Source: a virus
Taxonomy: Duplodnaviria; Caudoviricetes
Direction: 5' to 3' (one strand)
Length of the DNA stretch: 64,000 nucleotides
IMG/VR virus record: IMGVR_UViG_3300036762_000065
Location: 177,707-241,706 of that record
Below, one piece after another: positions 1 through 9,793 of this stretch (its first letter is position 1; each line of letters begins with the position of its first letter). The position numbers and the translations under genes are program-made. A model generated the notes under the pieces. The model saw nothing but the letters and a program-made list of their open reading frames with translations. It made no database searches and was not told the DNA's origin.

Positions 1-348
1 TCCTGCTGCTGCCCCTACGTTAGAGCCTACTCCAAACCAAGTATCGCTTTTTGCTTGTATATGATTGTAAGTGTACGGAAATACAGTACCGCTGAGTGTT
101 TTTCCGCGAGTAGGGTCTTCATACATAGGCATTGTTTGGCTTGAACCGCCTACATTAACCAGAGAGGCTACGCCTACAGACTGCCACTCAGTATTTATAA
201 ATAAGTACAGACCGTCTTCAATAGTCGCGTGACCTTTAAGTACAAACAACTCTCCTTCTTGAGGAATAGGAAACACGCTGCCCATAGGGCAACCTAGGTT
301 TTCTATACTACTGCCATCAACTAGAGTAAGCTTGCCGTTAACTTTCAT
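1..348 (-). CDS. Probable virion structural protein (partial, runs off window start)
   Basis: Not in ORF track; ATG at 348 overlaps the upstream stop (ATGA); reads MKVNGKLTLVDGSSIENLGCP... open to position 1; lies in the structural operon. Confidence 0.7.
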   Translation of the reverse strand, partial: MKVNGKLTLVDGSSIENLGCPMGSVFPIPQEGELFVLKGHATIEDGLYLFINTEWQSVGVASLVNVGGSSQTMPMYEDPTRGKTLSGTVFPYTYNHIQAKSDTWFGVGSNVGAAAG

Positions 349-629
349 TTCCTCACTCTCCTTATCCGCGAACGCTTAGGTGCAGGCTCGCGTTCCATAC
401 GTCCTAGCCAGTTTGTTTTAGTAACTTTTATATCTACTTCATCAGGGTCGATTGTAGAACGTTCTGGAACTTTCTCCCTACGTCTGAGTTTCTTACGGCC
501 TTTCTTACGCTGTCTAAACTGTTCTGTAGTTTCTGTATAGGCACCATCCTCATCCGCGTACCTAGGCAATCTAGCACCGGCGTGTTTGTCTATATGGGAC
601 CTAGATACACTAATAAGAATCTTTATCAC
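345..629 (-). CDS. Small basic hypothetical protein
   Basis: GTG start with AGAGG SD; N-terminal IxISVS motif like neighbours; R/K rich. Confidence 0.7.
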   Translation of the reverse strand: MIKILISVSRSHIDKHAGARLPRYADEDGAYTETTEQFRQRKKGRKKLRRREKVPERSTIDPDEVDIKVTKTNWLGRMEREPAPKRSRIRRVRK

Positions 630-638
630 AGTAAGCCT

Positions 639-3419
639 CTACTTAGACTGAACAAGATATGTTTTATTGCCTAAAGAACTAAAATCAGTTCTATATACAT
701 ACCAGTCTTGGGTAATGTTGTCTACTGTCATGCTTATAGTAACAGGCCCTATTTCTTGCCCGATGTTACCGTCGTTTGGCCATGAAGCACCGTCCCAAGC
801 ACCTTCGTAGTAATTACTCTTATCCGTAAACTTGACTTGGCCTTGAGCAACAGGTATAGCAAAGTATGCGTAATTACCAGCAGTAATTGTTACACCTAGG
901 CTAATTCCATTAACAGGCATGAGCGTAGTGTTGGTAAGTACTGTAAGTGCTTGAGTTCCGTCAAATCCTGTAACTAGATTACCAACACCGTGCCTAACAT
1001 TTTGTATTTTATTAACTACTTTTACTTCGATGTTTAAATTTTCGGTACTAACCAAGTCAACAAAACTACCCAGAGCCAGTATTGTAAGTCCGTCAGAAGT
1101 AATATCACAATATCTTGCAAAACTGTCTTGTAATGCAGGTGCGCTTGATGGAGTTTTTATAGAGCTTGCTACTTGCCACACGTTATTTATTTTCTTTATA
1201 ACGTACACATCACCATCACCATCATCACCTCTAATAGAAGAAGTTACAATAGTATTATCCTGCGATATACTTAAACTAAATCTAAAACCAAATCGAGCTC
1301 CTGCGAAAGGATCTGGATTATCTATCTCCGCAGCATTATTCCAAAATGTATGATCGTTAGTTGTGTATATAAATATAGAACCGCAATTTACAAAACTTCC
1401 TACCTGTTTTCCAGATGCCCCTACACACAATAACTTACCATCGTAGTTTAGTCCTGTGGAATAACCAAACTTATCTATAAATTGCACAGGAGTAATAGTT
1501 GCAGTTCGAAGCCAAGAGCTAATTTTCTTATATATACGAACTCTCTGGTCTGACAGGTTAGAACTAACTGCAATTACCTTACCGTCACCGGACATAGATA
1601 CAGAATACCCGACATTCGCATTAAGTATAGGAGCTTCTGACGCCTCTAAAAGACCTGTATTAATCCAAGAGCCTGAAAATTCAAACACATAAGCAGCACC
1701 TGAGTTTGAAACCTCGTCCTTATCTTTATACACAGCACCGGACACGAATGAGTTACCTGAGGCTGAGCAGGCTACGCTATAGCCTAGTCTATCTGCTCCT
1801 GCGGTGTTAGCCACTCCTACCTTTGTCATAGTGTAGTTTTCTGCAGCCAAGTCTATAACATACACAACGCCGCTGGCGGCTCCATTACCGTCTAAGTTAT
1901 CTCCGTGAGCGCCTACAAAGATTCTCGATCCGTTTGCGTTTATAGCAACAGAAGCTCCGAATCTAGGGTTAGTTCCAGAAACGGTTGGAGCGAACTGTAT
2001 TAAATGCTTCTCTTTAAAGAATCCGTTTTCTTTTACAAAAATATATAACGCTCCGGAATGTCCGGTATCAGGTACTTGAGAAGCCGGAGCACATACGGCT
2101 ATAGTATTTCCGTCATCTGATATACAACCTAACTCACCAAATGTAGAATCTTGTGTAAGTATAGAAGGTACCAACATTGTACTTTGAATCCACTCTAGGG
2201 TTTCCGCACTATAATTGAATACAAACCCGGCACCTACATTTGATACATTAGGGACAGACACATTACGTACAACAATGTAAGCATCGTCTTTCAAGTTTTC
2301 AGGACCAGTTGTTAGTTTATTAAGAACGAGTCCATTGCCTATTTCGTCTTGACCGCCAGGTCCGTTGTTTGCGCTAATAGGACCGTATACAGAAACATTA
2401 TCTTGATAAATCTCATACTCTACATTCTGGTGACCGTCAGCAATAACACGGAATTCATGTTCTCTATTGTCAGACAAATCAAACTTGAAAGCAGCAAATT
2501 TACTTTCAGACAACGTAAAATCAAGAGGAGTATTAATAACTATGTCTGTCGGACTTGCCAGTGCAGTCAATGCATCGTCTTGGCCTGTTACTAATGCCGA
2601 GAAAGCTTCTGTAACAACGTTGACACTAAAATCGGTTATTGTACTTGCAGAAGCCTCTGTATCGTTAACGAGTAGGTAGTGGAAATTATCTCTTGAAGCG
2701 TGTCGGAAGTTTATCTCATCTGTTCCATTCGGCCCATTGTTTGAATCTATAATACCAGTTACAGGTAATAAACTACTACCGTATAGACGTAATGTAACTG
2801 CGCCTGTTCCTATAGCATTATGTATGTGATCCCTACCGCTTTTAGGCATATATTTAAACGCAAGATACTGCTGGCCCTGCATCTTAGCAACATACGCAGG
2901 GCCGTCTGGTACTATAGTAATAGCATTGGCAATCGCTGTAGTTATGTCAGCATAGCCGATGCCCGGGTCAGGGTCTGCTTCTTGTCTTAGGCTTACAGGA
3001 GTACCGTCAAAGTTTATACGATAGGTCTTTGTACCGAGCGAACTAAAATCAGTTCTATATACATACCAATCGCGAGTATCTCCGTCAAACGTTAATGATA
3101 CTGTAATAGGACCTGTTGTCTGTGCTGTAGTACCATTTGTTGGCCATGTAGCACCGTCCCAACCGCCTTGAAGGCCAGTACTCGTGTCAGTGAAGCTGAT
3201 AGCTCCGTTCTCAACAGGAGTAGCAAAATACATATAACTAGAATTGTCATCGTTTATAGTAAACGTAGAGCCTGACACACTCTTTGTCATTGTATTGGCA
3301 AGTAGGTTTATATAGTCGTTATTGTTAGGACTTCCTGGTAATATACCAGCTCCGAACCTAGGGTAAGGAATAGCAGGAATAGGTGCTCTTTTATAAACCG
3401 GTGTTAGAAAAATAGTCAT
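639..3419 (-). CDS. Virion fibre/adhesin-like protein with FG-GAP beta-propeller and two GGWDGAxW domains
   Basis: FG-x-S-V-A-I...GA repeats (RFGASVAINANG, RLGYSVACSASG, KFGYSTGLNYDG, SGAAYVF); terminal domains GGWDGATWP...WYVYRTDF and GAWDGASWP...WYVYRTDF. Confidence 0.75.
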   Translation of the reverse strand: MTIFLTPVYKRAPIPAIPYPRFGAGILPGSPNNNDYINLLANTMTKSVSGSTFTINDDNSSYMYFATPVENGAISFTDTSTGLQGGWDGATWPTNGTTAQTTGPITVSLTFDGDTRDWYVYRTDFSSLGTKTYRINFDGTPVSLRQEADPDPGIGYADITTAIANAITIVPDGPAYVAKMQGQQYLAFKYMPKSGRDHIHNAIGTGAVTLRLYGSSLLPVTGIIDSNNGPNGTDEINFRHASRDNFHYLLVNDTEASASTITDFSVNVVTEAFSALVTGQDDALTALASPTDIVINTPLDFTLSESKFAAFKFDLSDNREHEFRVIADGHQNVEYEIYQDNVSVYGPISANNGPGGQDEIGNGLVLNKLTTGPENLKDDAYIVVRNVSVPNVSNVGAGFVFNYSAETLEWIQSTMLVPSILTQDSTFGELGCISDDGNTIAVCAPASQVPDTGHSGALYIFVKENGFFKEKHLIQFAPTVSGTNPRFGASVAINANGSRIFVGAHGDNLDGNGAASGVVYVIDLAAENYTMTKVGVANTAGADRLGYSVACSASGNSFVSGAVYKDKDEVSNSGAAYVFEFSGSWINTGLLEASEAPILNANVGYSVSMSGDGKVIAVSSNLSDQRVRIYKKISSWLRTATITPVQFIDKFGYSTGLNYDGKLLCVGASGKQVGSFVNCGSIFIYTTNDHTFWNNAAEIDNPDPFAGARFGFRFSLSISQDNTIVTSSIRGDDGDGDVYVIKKINNVWQVASSIKTPSSAPALQDSFARYCDITSDGLTILALGSFVDLVSTENLNIEVKVVNKIQNVRHGVGNLVTGFDGTQALTVLTNTTLMPVNGISLGVTITAGNYAYFAIPVAQGQVKFTDKSNYYEGAWDGASWPNDGNIGQEIGPVTISMTVDNITQDWYVYRTDFSSLGNKTYLVQSK

Positions 3420-3428
3420 TGCTCTTCC

Positions 3429-3611
3429 TCATGCGTTAGGAGACTTGTTGTTAGTGGTATCTGTGTCCATCTCAACACCTTCCTCTTCATCGTCATCCAC
3501 AACATCGTCTTTCGGTTTCTTAGTGCGGTTAAACTCTATAACTCCTAGTTGATCAAACTTTAAATCGGTTTCGTGCTTTGTGCTCGCTATAGCTATTTGT
3601 ATGGGTATCAT
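3429..3611 (-). CDS. Small hypothetical protein
   Basis: Fills the gap between two genes; MIPIQIAIAS N-terminus like neighbours. Confidence 0.6.
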   Translation of the reverse strand: MIPIQIAIASTKHETDLKFDQLGVIEFNRTKKPKDDVVDDDEEEGVEMDTDTTNNKSPNA

Positions 3612-3614
3612 AAA

Positions 3615-5342
3615 CTATCTCCTTACGTTCTTAGCTATTTTAATTGCATTTAAAAATTTAGCATCTAGCCTAGCACCTATTTTATTAGCAAAGTTCTCTA
3701 CTAGAAAAGGATCAATGTAATTCTGAATAGCGGTTGTAGGTGTGATATTACCGTTAGACGTATGGCCTAACTGACCTCCAACCTTCTTAGCTTGTTCGAT
3801 CAACCAGTCGTTAACTTGCTTATCGTTCCATTCACCGCCTTTTGTATACGGGCAATTTTTTATTGCTTCGACAAACATACCTGTAGCTTTTGCAGTTCTC
3901 AAGTTCTTTGTCTTGATGTTTGCAGGGAATCCTTTGCTTGTCATGTATTTTTTCAGGGCTGCGCTAGTTAAAGGAGCTCCTAGATAATCAAACAGTATGT
4001 CTTCTTTGCCTTTACCTTCTACAAGTGTACGTATAGCATTACCAAACTTCTTATTTCTAATAGTATTAAACTTAATAGTGTAGTCGGTATTTTCAGTAGA
4101 CTTACCTCCGGTGTAGCGTATATGCACAGAATGGTCATCTAGTTTTATAACATGCTTGACCCTAAGTGAGGTTGCGCCGAACGTAGCACTACCCTTTGTA
4201 GCTTGCCCTTCTGCTCCCGGACGTGCTCCTGTCTGATACACAAACTCTAGTAATGTAGCCAATACGTTATCTTTAGTGTACGCTTTAGGTAACTTGCCTA
4301 CATCAACTATCCACTTGTTAGACAGTGCTTTTAGTTTAGGCAGTATATTATTGACTGTTTTAAAATTCTTCTGTTTGTTGGCAGAGACTCGCTTGGTAGA
4401 GTATGCGCGTAAAAATACCTTACCTCCTATTGCTTTAAAACTACATACATAAGCATTATCTTTCTTAGGGTCATATGAAGGATTCATTACGACCTCGCCT
4501 GTAGGAGCTTGCTTTAACTCAAGTCCTGCAGTTGTATAAAACTTACCTTGATCGTCAATATTTCCTACAAAACCTAAAGGTAATGTGTGCGGAATAGAGT
4601 GCTCTTTAGCTGCACGTACAACCTCGTGAATAGGAAGATATGGCTTGCCGCTTTGACGTATAAAGCTTTCAAGAAATGTTTTAAAGTTTGCACGTAACTC
4701 TCGGTTAAGCTTCAAATACTCAACATGCTCTGGTAACTTGACGCCTTTCTTCTTTGCAATTTCCTGCCACTCACTCAGTTTATTAGCAGGCATTTGAATG
4801 CCGCCTACTTTACCGTGCTTTAACACAAGTGCTTCTACAGATTTCTGTATGTTGGAAACGTCTGGGATTTCCTCAATAAACATGTCTGTAATATCAGGCT
4901 CTCTAAACATAGAAGAGACTGTTCTCTTTATGTAGTTTAAAGCACTGGCGGATTGTCTTTGGCTATAAAGTCTAATGTTGTGGAACATTTTCAATTGTTG
5001 CTCATCAACATCCAATTCCGATTTCAGCAATACTTTATTTGTATTAAACGACTCTATTAAACTAGATACCGCATTATCAAACGCCTTATTGTTTTCGTTT
5101 GTGTTTGCTAGAATATGCTTAACTGCAATAGTTGCTTCCTTTTTCCCAAACTTAAAGCGTTTAAAAAATTCTTCACTGTCTGCTAACCACGTGCTCGCCT
5201 TACGTTTGGTATCAGCATCATAGTCATATTCATAACTCATGACCAGTAGTATGGCTAATTTAAGGAAAGCATCCGTTGTACCTTGAGACACCGCACTTAG
5301 CGAAGTCCAATCTATATTTTCTAATTTACGTACTGTTATCAT
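3615..5342 (-). CDS. DNA topoisomerase IB-like protein (C-terminal catalytic domain)
   Basis: TGARPG...TFGATSLRVKHV, KNLRTAKAT, QLGHT...AIQNYIDP match the topo IB R, K, R, H, Y catalytic motifs. Confidence 0.75.
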   Translation of the reverse strand: MITVRKLENIDWTSLSAVSQGTTDAFLKLAILLVMSYEYDYDADTKRKASTWLADSEEFFKRFKFGKKEATIAVKHILANTNENNKAFDNAVSSLIESFNTNKVLLKSELDVDEQQLKMFHNIRLYSQRQSASALNYIKRTVSSMFREPDITDMFIEEIPDVSNIQKSVEALVLKHGKVGGIQMPANKLSEWQEIAKKKGVKLPEHVEYLKLNRELRANFKTFLESFIRQSGKPYLPIHEVVRAAKEHSIPHTLPLGFVGNIDDQGKFYTTAGLELKQAPTGEVVMNPSYDPKKDNAYVCSFKAIGGKVFLRAYSTKRVSANKQKNFKTVNNILPKLKALSNKWIVDVGKLPKAYTKDNVLATLLEFVYQTGARPGAEGQATKGSATFGATSLRVKHVIKLDDHSVHIRYTGGKSTENTDYTIKFNTIRNKKFGNAIRTLVEGKGKEDILFDYLGAPLTSAALKKYMTSKGFPANIKTKNLRTAKATGMFVEAIKNCPYTKGGEWNDKQVNDWLIEQAKKVGGQLGHTSNGNITPTTAIQNYIDPFLVENFANKIGARLDAKFLNAIKIAKNVRR

Positions 5343-5355
5343 GGTAGCATCCTAT

Positions 5356-6219
5356 TTAAAAAGAACTAACTGGAGTGTCTTTCCATTTTTCTGAAATGAA
5401 CTCAAACATGCCGGCAGAATCTAGTTTATTTTTACGCATATACTCTACTAAGCTAGATACGGTCTTGTCAGGCATTGCTTTACTGTTGTGTATCATATTA
5501 TTTAGTTGGATAATGAAGTCGTCTTTTCTAAAAGGACGAGAACGTCTTAGCCAATTTAACCCGTCTCTGGTCAACCTATCTACATTTAGGCTGTCGTTGT
5601 AAATAAGTTCAAGCAAGCCTTTACCTGCTTTCATGGCATGCCTGTAGAAATAACGCTCGCGCTCACTACCTTCTAAATTAACTTCTTTTAAACTAAGCGA
5701 ATTACGTTTATCGAGTAGTTGTGCCGACTTATTGTCTCTATACAAGTAAATAGGTATATCCAACTTCTTTGCTAACATAACAAATTTTCTTGTCATACTG
5801 TTAGCACGCACATTAGGCTTTTCGTCTAATAAAAGATGGATTTCTTTTATATATTGTTTAGCATTAGGGATTTCAGGCTTGTTACTAAGTAGTCTGTCTT
5901 CCATCTCGTAAGCGCCTTTCTTGTGCTTACGGAAATCTTCGCCCCAGTAATCAACAGCTACTATTTTGTACTTATGCCCCAACTTATAGCCGTCTAACAC
6001 TAACTGTACACTATTCGCAGACATCTTATTGTAGTTGCCGTGTACACTACGGGCAGTGGAGAAATAATACATGTAGCCCTTATTCAACACAGAATCCGAC
6101 TGAGTGCCTCCTACAGAACTTAATCGCAGCTTATTTGATGCGAGCATAAGATTGGCATTATACATACTTGTGTAGTGGAAAAGTAAATCTGTACCGCTAA
6201 TAGATATTTGTATTTTCAT
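5356..6219 (-). CDS. Putative ADP-ribosyltransferase-fold protein
   Basis: LFHYTS, YFSTARS and YEMEDRL in the order of ART strand-1 H, S-T-x and ExE motifs. Confidence 0.45.
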   Translation of the reverse strand: MKIQISISGTDLLFHYTSMYNANLMLASNKLRLSSVGGTQSDSVLNKGYMYYFSTARSVHGNYNKMSANSVQLVLDGYKLGHKYKIVAVDYWGEDFRKHKKGAYEMEDRLLSNKPEIPNAKQYIKEIHLLLDEKPNVRANSMTRKFVMLAKKLDIPIYLYRDNKSAQLLDKRNSLSLKEVNLEGSERERYFYRHAMKAGKGLLELIYNDSLNVDRLTRDGLNWLRRSRPFRKDDFIIQLNNMIHNSKAMPDKTVSSLVEYMRKNKLDSAGMFEFISEKWKDTPVSSF

Positions 6220-7520
6220 AGCAAGTCCTTAATCTGCAAATAATCAAGTGCATAAGAATCTTCCAAGGTAGCAGCAATCGCGGACGCATCTACTTCTATA
6301 CCTATTGTGTTTAAGCGCCTAATGCGTATAGTTTTATTACTGCCAGATGCCTCAAGAACGAAACTATCTCCGTTAGTCAAAACAATATTTTTATTACACG
6401 AAGCAAGTACGGTATCCTTATCGCTAACATATGTGTATATACAAGAACTTGTTGATAATTTTCCTGAGACAATACAAACAGGATAGTAATCAGGTACAGT
6501 AAGCACCATGTCTTGTTTAATTAGTTTATACTTTCGTCCATTCAACGTAATCCCTACAACATGCATTCGTATAGCGACGTAATGGGATGTAGGATTAGTC
6601 ATTGCTTTGAACTGGCCGAACACCTCAAGAGATTGACTGTCTCGTTGTGCTTGGGTTATGCCGAATGATTCCAAAAACGCTTCTGTACCAACATCTAAAT
6701 ATACGTTCCTAGATAGCCGTATAGACATGTGTTGTTTTCGATCTGCATATGTTATGTAATCAGCACGTAATGATCTAAATGGGATATTTTCCTGCTCTAG
6801 GTAATCTGAACTAGGAGTGTACTGATCTGAAACAGAAGTGAACTCACTATTCGGAAGATGTTGTACGTTAGAAACAGACTCGGCGAACTCGGAAGCCATT
6901 TGAATTGTATCTTGTTCGTTTATAGCTCTCCATGTGCCTCTACCTAGTACTACAGGTTCTGTACGTTCACAATAGATTGTATCAACATTTTTCGAAGGGT
7001 CTGTATTTTCAGGAATAATGCTATACTTTATAGTGACTTCTGTTTTATCTTTATTTAAAACTATACTAAGGTCGCTATATTCACTGTAAGCAACGTACAA
7101 TGTGTCTAAATACTGTTCTACAGTTCTAGGTTTATAGTTACAGTCTCCTGGAACAACAGTATGCCCTATTTCAAAACCATACAGTGCTCTATGTGACCAA
7201 CCGTACCACTTATTATCAATAACACTCTTACCTATAGAACATGTTTTTGAGTCAGGTGTTCGTAAAATAGGTCTGATACCTTTTTCTTCGCACAAGTACT
7301 TGGCATCATCTACATTGCCTATATAGTCGCCGTTAAGGTTTAAGGCATAAGTCATCTCAAACGCTTCCGTACCGAGTCCGTAAGAACCGGGTGGAAACAC
7401 ACAAGTCTCAACAGTATATCCGTGTTCTAAATTAGGTACAGTAGAAACAACAAAGGCGTCAGGGTAGACGCTACTTTTCTTTTTGATTTCTATATTTATC
7501 TTTTCCATCATAAAACTCAT
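6216..7520 (-). CDS. Hypothetical phage protein (CSIG...KWYGWSHRA motif domain)
   Basis: 434-aa ORF; ATGA-type overlap with next gene. Confidence 0.75.
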   Translation of the reverse strand: MSFMMEKINIEIKKKSSVYPDAFVVSTVPNLEHGYTVETCVFPPGSYGLGTEAFEMTYALNLNGDYIGNVDDAKYLCEEKGIRPILRTPDSKTCSIGKSVIDNKWYGWSHRALYGFEIGHTVVPGDCNYKPRTVEQYLDTLYVAYSEYSDLSIVLNKDKTEVTIKYSIIPENTDPSKNVDTIYCERTEPVVLGRGTWRAINEQDTIQMASEFAESVSNVQHLPNSEFTSVSDQYTPSSDYLEQENIPFRSLRADYITYADRKQHMSIRLSRNVYLDVGTEAFLESFGITQAQRDSQSLEVFGQFKAMTNPTSHYVAIRMHVVGITLNGRKYKLIKQDMVLTVPDYYPVCIVSGKLSTSSCIYTYVSDKDTVLASCNKNIVLTNGDSFVLEASGSNKTIRIRRLNTIGIEVDASAIAATLEDSYALDYLQIKDLL

Positions 7521-7558
7521 TCTGTCAACACGGATAGAATTGAAATGTTCTGTATTAA

Positions 7559-8029
7559 TTAGGCTGCCATCGGACTTAGTTCGAGTATGTAGCTCATCCT
7601 GTCAAACAAGTTCAAGTACCTTAAGTTCTTTCTGTCCTCCATAGGCACTTCAAAACCTACATAGTGTGTGTCCTGTACATTCCACACTGCCATATCTGTA
7701 GGCTCGTAAACTCTATTGTTTTCTACACAGAACGAGTGCTCCTCTATTTTCCAAGGCTCTCCTGTTTTAGTTCGAGATATTACGTACCCGACATACAAAA
7801 GGGCTGCTGGGTGAGTTTCGCAGTATCGAATAGCATTCTGGTGAGGCGATGAAGGATTACCTGTAGCAACATGCTTACCTAGCTTTATCTCAGGTAATTT
7901 CCGCAAACGTTGTTGCAGATCGCGCCAAAAAGGACGAGCACTAACAACACTGTCTATAATAACAGATGGTAGGTGTGAATAATTAGTGGCTTGTGCTCTG
8001 GCCATACATATATCTATTGCGAACATCAT
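7559..8029 (-). CDS. Transglutaminase/papain-fold-like protein, probably degenerate
   Basis: HQNA...YVGYV...EHSFCV...VYEPT pattern; expected catalytic Cys absent. Confidence 0.4.
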   Translation of the reverse strand: MMFAIDICMARAQATNYSHLPSVIIDSVVSARPFWRDLQQRLRKLPEIKLGKHVATGNPSSPHQNAIRYCETHPAALLYVGYVISRTKTGEPWKIEEHSFCVENNRVYEPTDMAVWNVQDTHYVGFEVPMEDRKNLRYLNLFDRMSYILELSPMAA

Positions 8030-8080
8030 ATTAATCCTTATTAGATTTATGTGTGTAAATTACAAATCTTATTAGATTGT

Positions 8081-8746
8081 TTAACGTATGTGTAATATAT
8101 CACGAACAATATCAATAGATGTTTTTATCACTTCCTCTACAGGACGATTTGCATCAATGACAATAAACCTATCAGGCTCCCTACTAGCTCTATCCAAAAG
8201 GGTGTCTCTAACTTTAGTAAAATACTGCATACTTCTTTCTTCGAGTCCGTTAACTTCTTCGCCTACAACCATACCTCTAGCTGCCTTTCTTTCTATGTAA
8301 GTATCTATAGGTATATCATACAAAAGAGTTTTTGTAGGCTTGGGGATAAATCCTGCTTCTGCAACAACATCATGCAGTGCCATTAATCTGTATAGATCAG
8401 TAGTATCGGCAGAACCCGCACTTTGATAAGCAAATGTACTGTCGTAAAATCTGTCGGTCAGTACAACACTTCCTAGTCTTAGTAAAGGAATTATCTTATT
8501 AACGCAATGATCTATACGTGCTGAATAAAACAATAGTGCTTCGGCCAGTTGTGGAATATAAGCATACTTTGAAGTAGCTTCAAATATAAAACCTCGCAGG
8601 TCTTCTGCGAACGGAGTGCCGCCAGGCTCTCTAGTTTGATGATGTGGTATATCTAAGTCACGCAACATAGAGGTAATCGCGTTTAGGTTTGTTGTCTTGC
8701 CGCTACAATCAACACCTTCTATAGAAAAAAATGTGCCTTTATTCAT
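8081..8746 (-). CDS. tmk: Thymidylate kinase
   Basis: FSIEGVDCSGKTT P-loop, TREPGGT, LLFYSAR, LTDRFYDSTFAYQ, IDANRP. Confidence 0.95.
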   Translation of the reverse strand: MNKGTFFSIEGVDCSGKTTNLNAITSMLRDLDIPHHQTREPGGTPFAEDLRGFIFEATSKYAYIPQLAEALLFYSARIDHCVNKIIPLLRLGSVVLTDRFYDSTFAYQSAGSADTTDLYRLMALHDVVAEAGFIPKPTKTLLYDIPIDTYIERKAARGMVVGEEVNGLEERSMQYFTKVRDTLLDRASREPDRFIVIDANRPVEEVIKTSIDIVRDILHIR

Positions 8747-8751
8747 GACTC

Positions 8752-9093
8752 TCAGTCTCTTGTGTTGGGAAATAATGGAGCATAACGGTTTTGTATTCCT
8801 TGTATATCTTTCAACCTATCTGGAGTAATTAGGTATTCTATCTTCAATTCTCCGAACTCGTTGTATTCCTGCAGTATAACATGCCTACACGCAAACAGTT
8901 TAAGACACTCAACAGGCTCAATCTCATTCGTAGTATCTTCACACGAAAAATATAAATTTTTCAAGCTTAAATAGATACGTTCTTGACTGTTACACTTATC
9001 CACTTTTATTGTTTGGGTTATCCAAGAATCTGCACGGCATGACAGCCCAAACAATAAAAGCAAACACGTAAAAAGACGCATCGTAGACCTCAT
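8752..9093 (-). CDS. Hypothetical exported protein
   Basis: Hydrophobic N-terminus MRLFTCLLLLFGLSCRA suggests a signal peptide. Confidence 0.6.
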   Translation of the reverse strand: MRSTMRLFTCLLLLFGLSCRADSWITQTIKVDKCNSQERIYLSLKNLYFSCEDTTNEIEPVECLKLFACRHVILQEYNEFGELKIEYLITPDRLKDIQGIQNRYAPLFPNTRD

Positions 9094-9290
9094 TTCTTTA
9101 GTTCGTTGAGTTTTCGCAATAACTCTGCTTGGAAACTATCTCTTTGTTCATCGGTACACCTGCCTGCAACTACAGGATGTACTTTAATGACTCCTTGAAA
9201 TACAGATACAGCTCGCATCATACCTTCTGCTTGTTCTTTTGGTAGGTCAGGGTCTAGGGTTACTGTAAAACCCATAACATACATACTCAT
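9090..9290 (-). CDS. Hypothetical protein
   Basis: ATGA overlaps on both sides. Confidence 0.7.
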   Translation of the reverse strand: MSMYVMGFTVTLDPDLPKEQAEGMMRAVSVFQGVIKVHPVVAGRCTDEQRDSFQAELLRKLNELKK

Positions 9291-9793
9291 GCTCCTATAC
9301 TTACTCTTTGTATACGTTTAATGTTGTGTCTGGAGTCCCCTCCTCGCCACGCTAGTTTTACTATAAGCTTTCGTTTGCTGCTTATATCCGTATCCCTAGT
9401 TTTAGCATTGAGTACAACAGATATGGTACCAGTGTGTTCCATAAGTACCATAATGCCGACACCTTCTCGTTTTAAATCTTCTTTGATCGTGCTATAAAAT
9501 TTACTATCAAACAGCTTCTGAGGAATAACGAAATAGAACTTGTCAAACACTCCTATTTGTAAGTAATCGTACCACTTAGTATCTGCCTTGTAGTCGGAAG
9601 CACAACTTTTGATTTCGCAACCTACGAACATGCCTTTAGTATCAAACGTAACAAGGTCTACTCGCCTACTACCCCACGCCTTTACGCCTATTTCTCTATA
9701 AACAGAATAATTCTTCTTCACATAGTAATAGGTAGCAGCGAGTAATAGTTTGTCTGTTATTACTCGCCTAGTTACTTTAGGAACGTTAAGCAT
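9287..9793 (-). CDS. MmcB-like PD-(D/E)xK nuclease
   Basis: RVDLV...GCEIKSCASDYKADTKWYDYL...DKFYFV. Confidence 0.75.
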   Translation of the reverse strand: MLNVPKVTRRVITDKLLLAATYYYVKKNYSVYREIGVKAWGSRRVDLVTFDTKGMFVGCEIKSCASDYKADTKWYDYLQIGVFDKFYFVIPQKLFDSKFYSTIKEDLKREGVGIMVLMEHTGTISVVLNAKTRDTDISSKRKLIVKLAWRGGDSRHNIKRIQRVSIGA

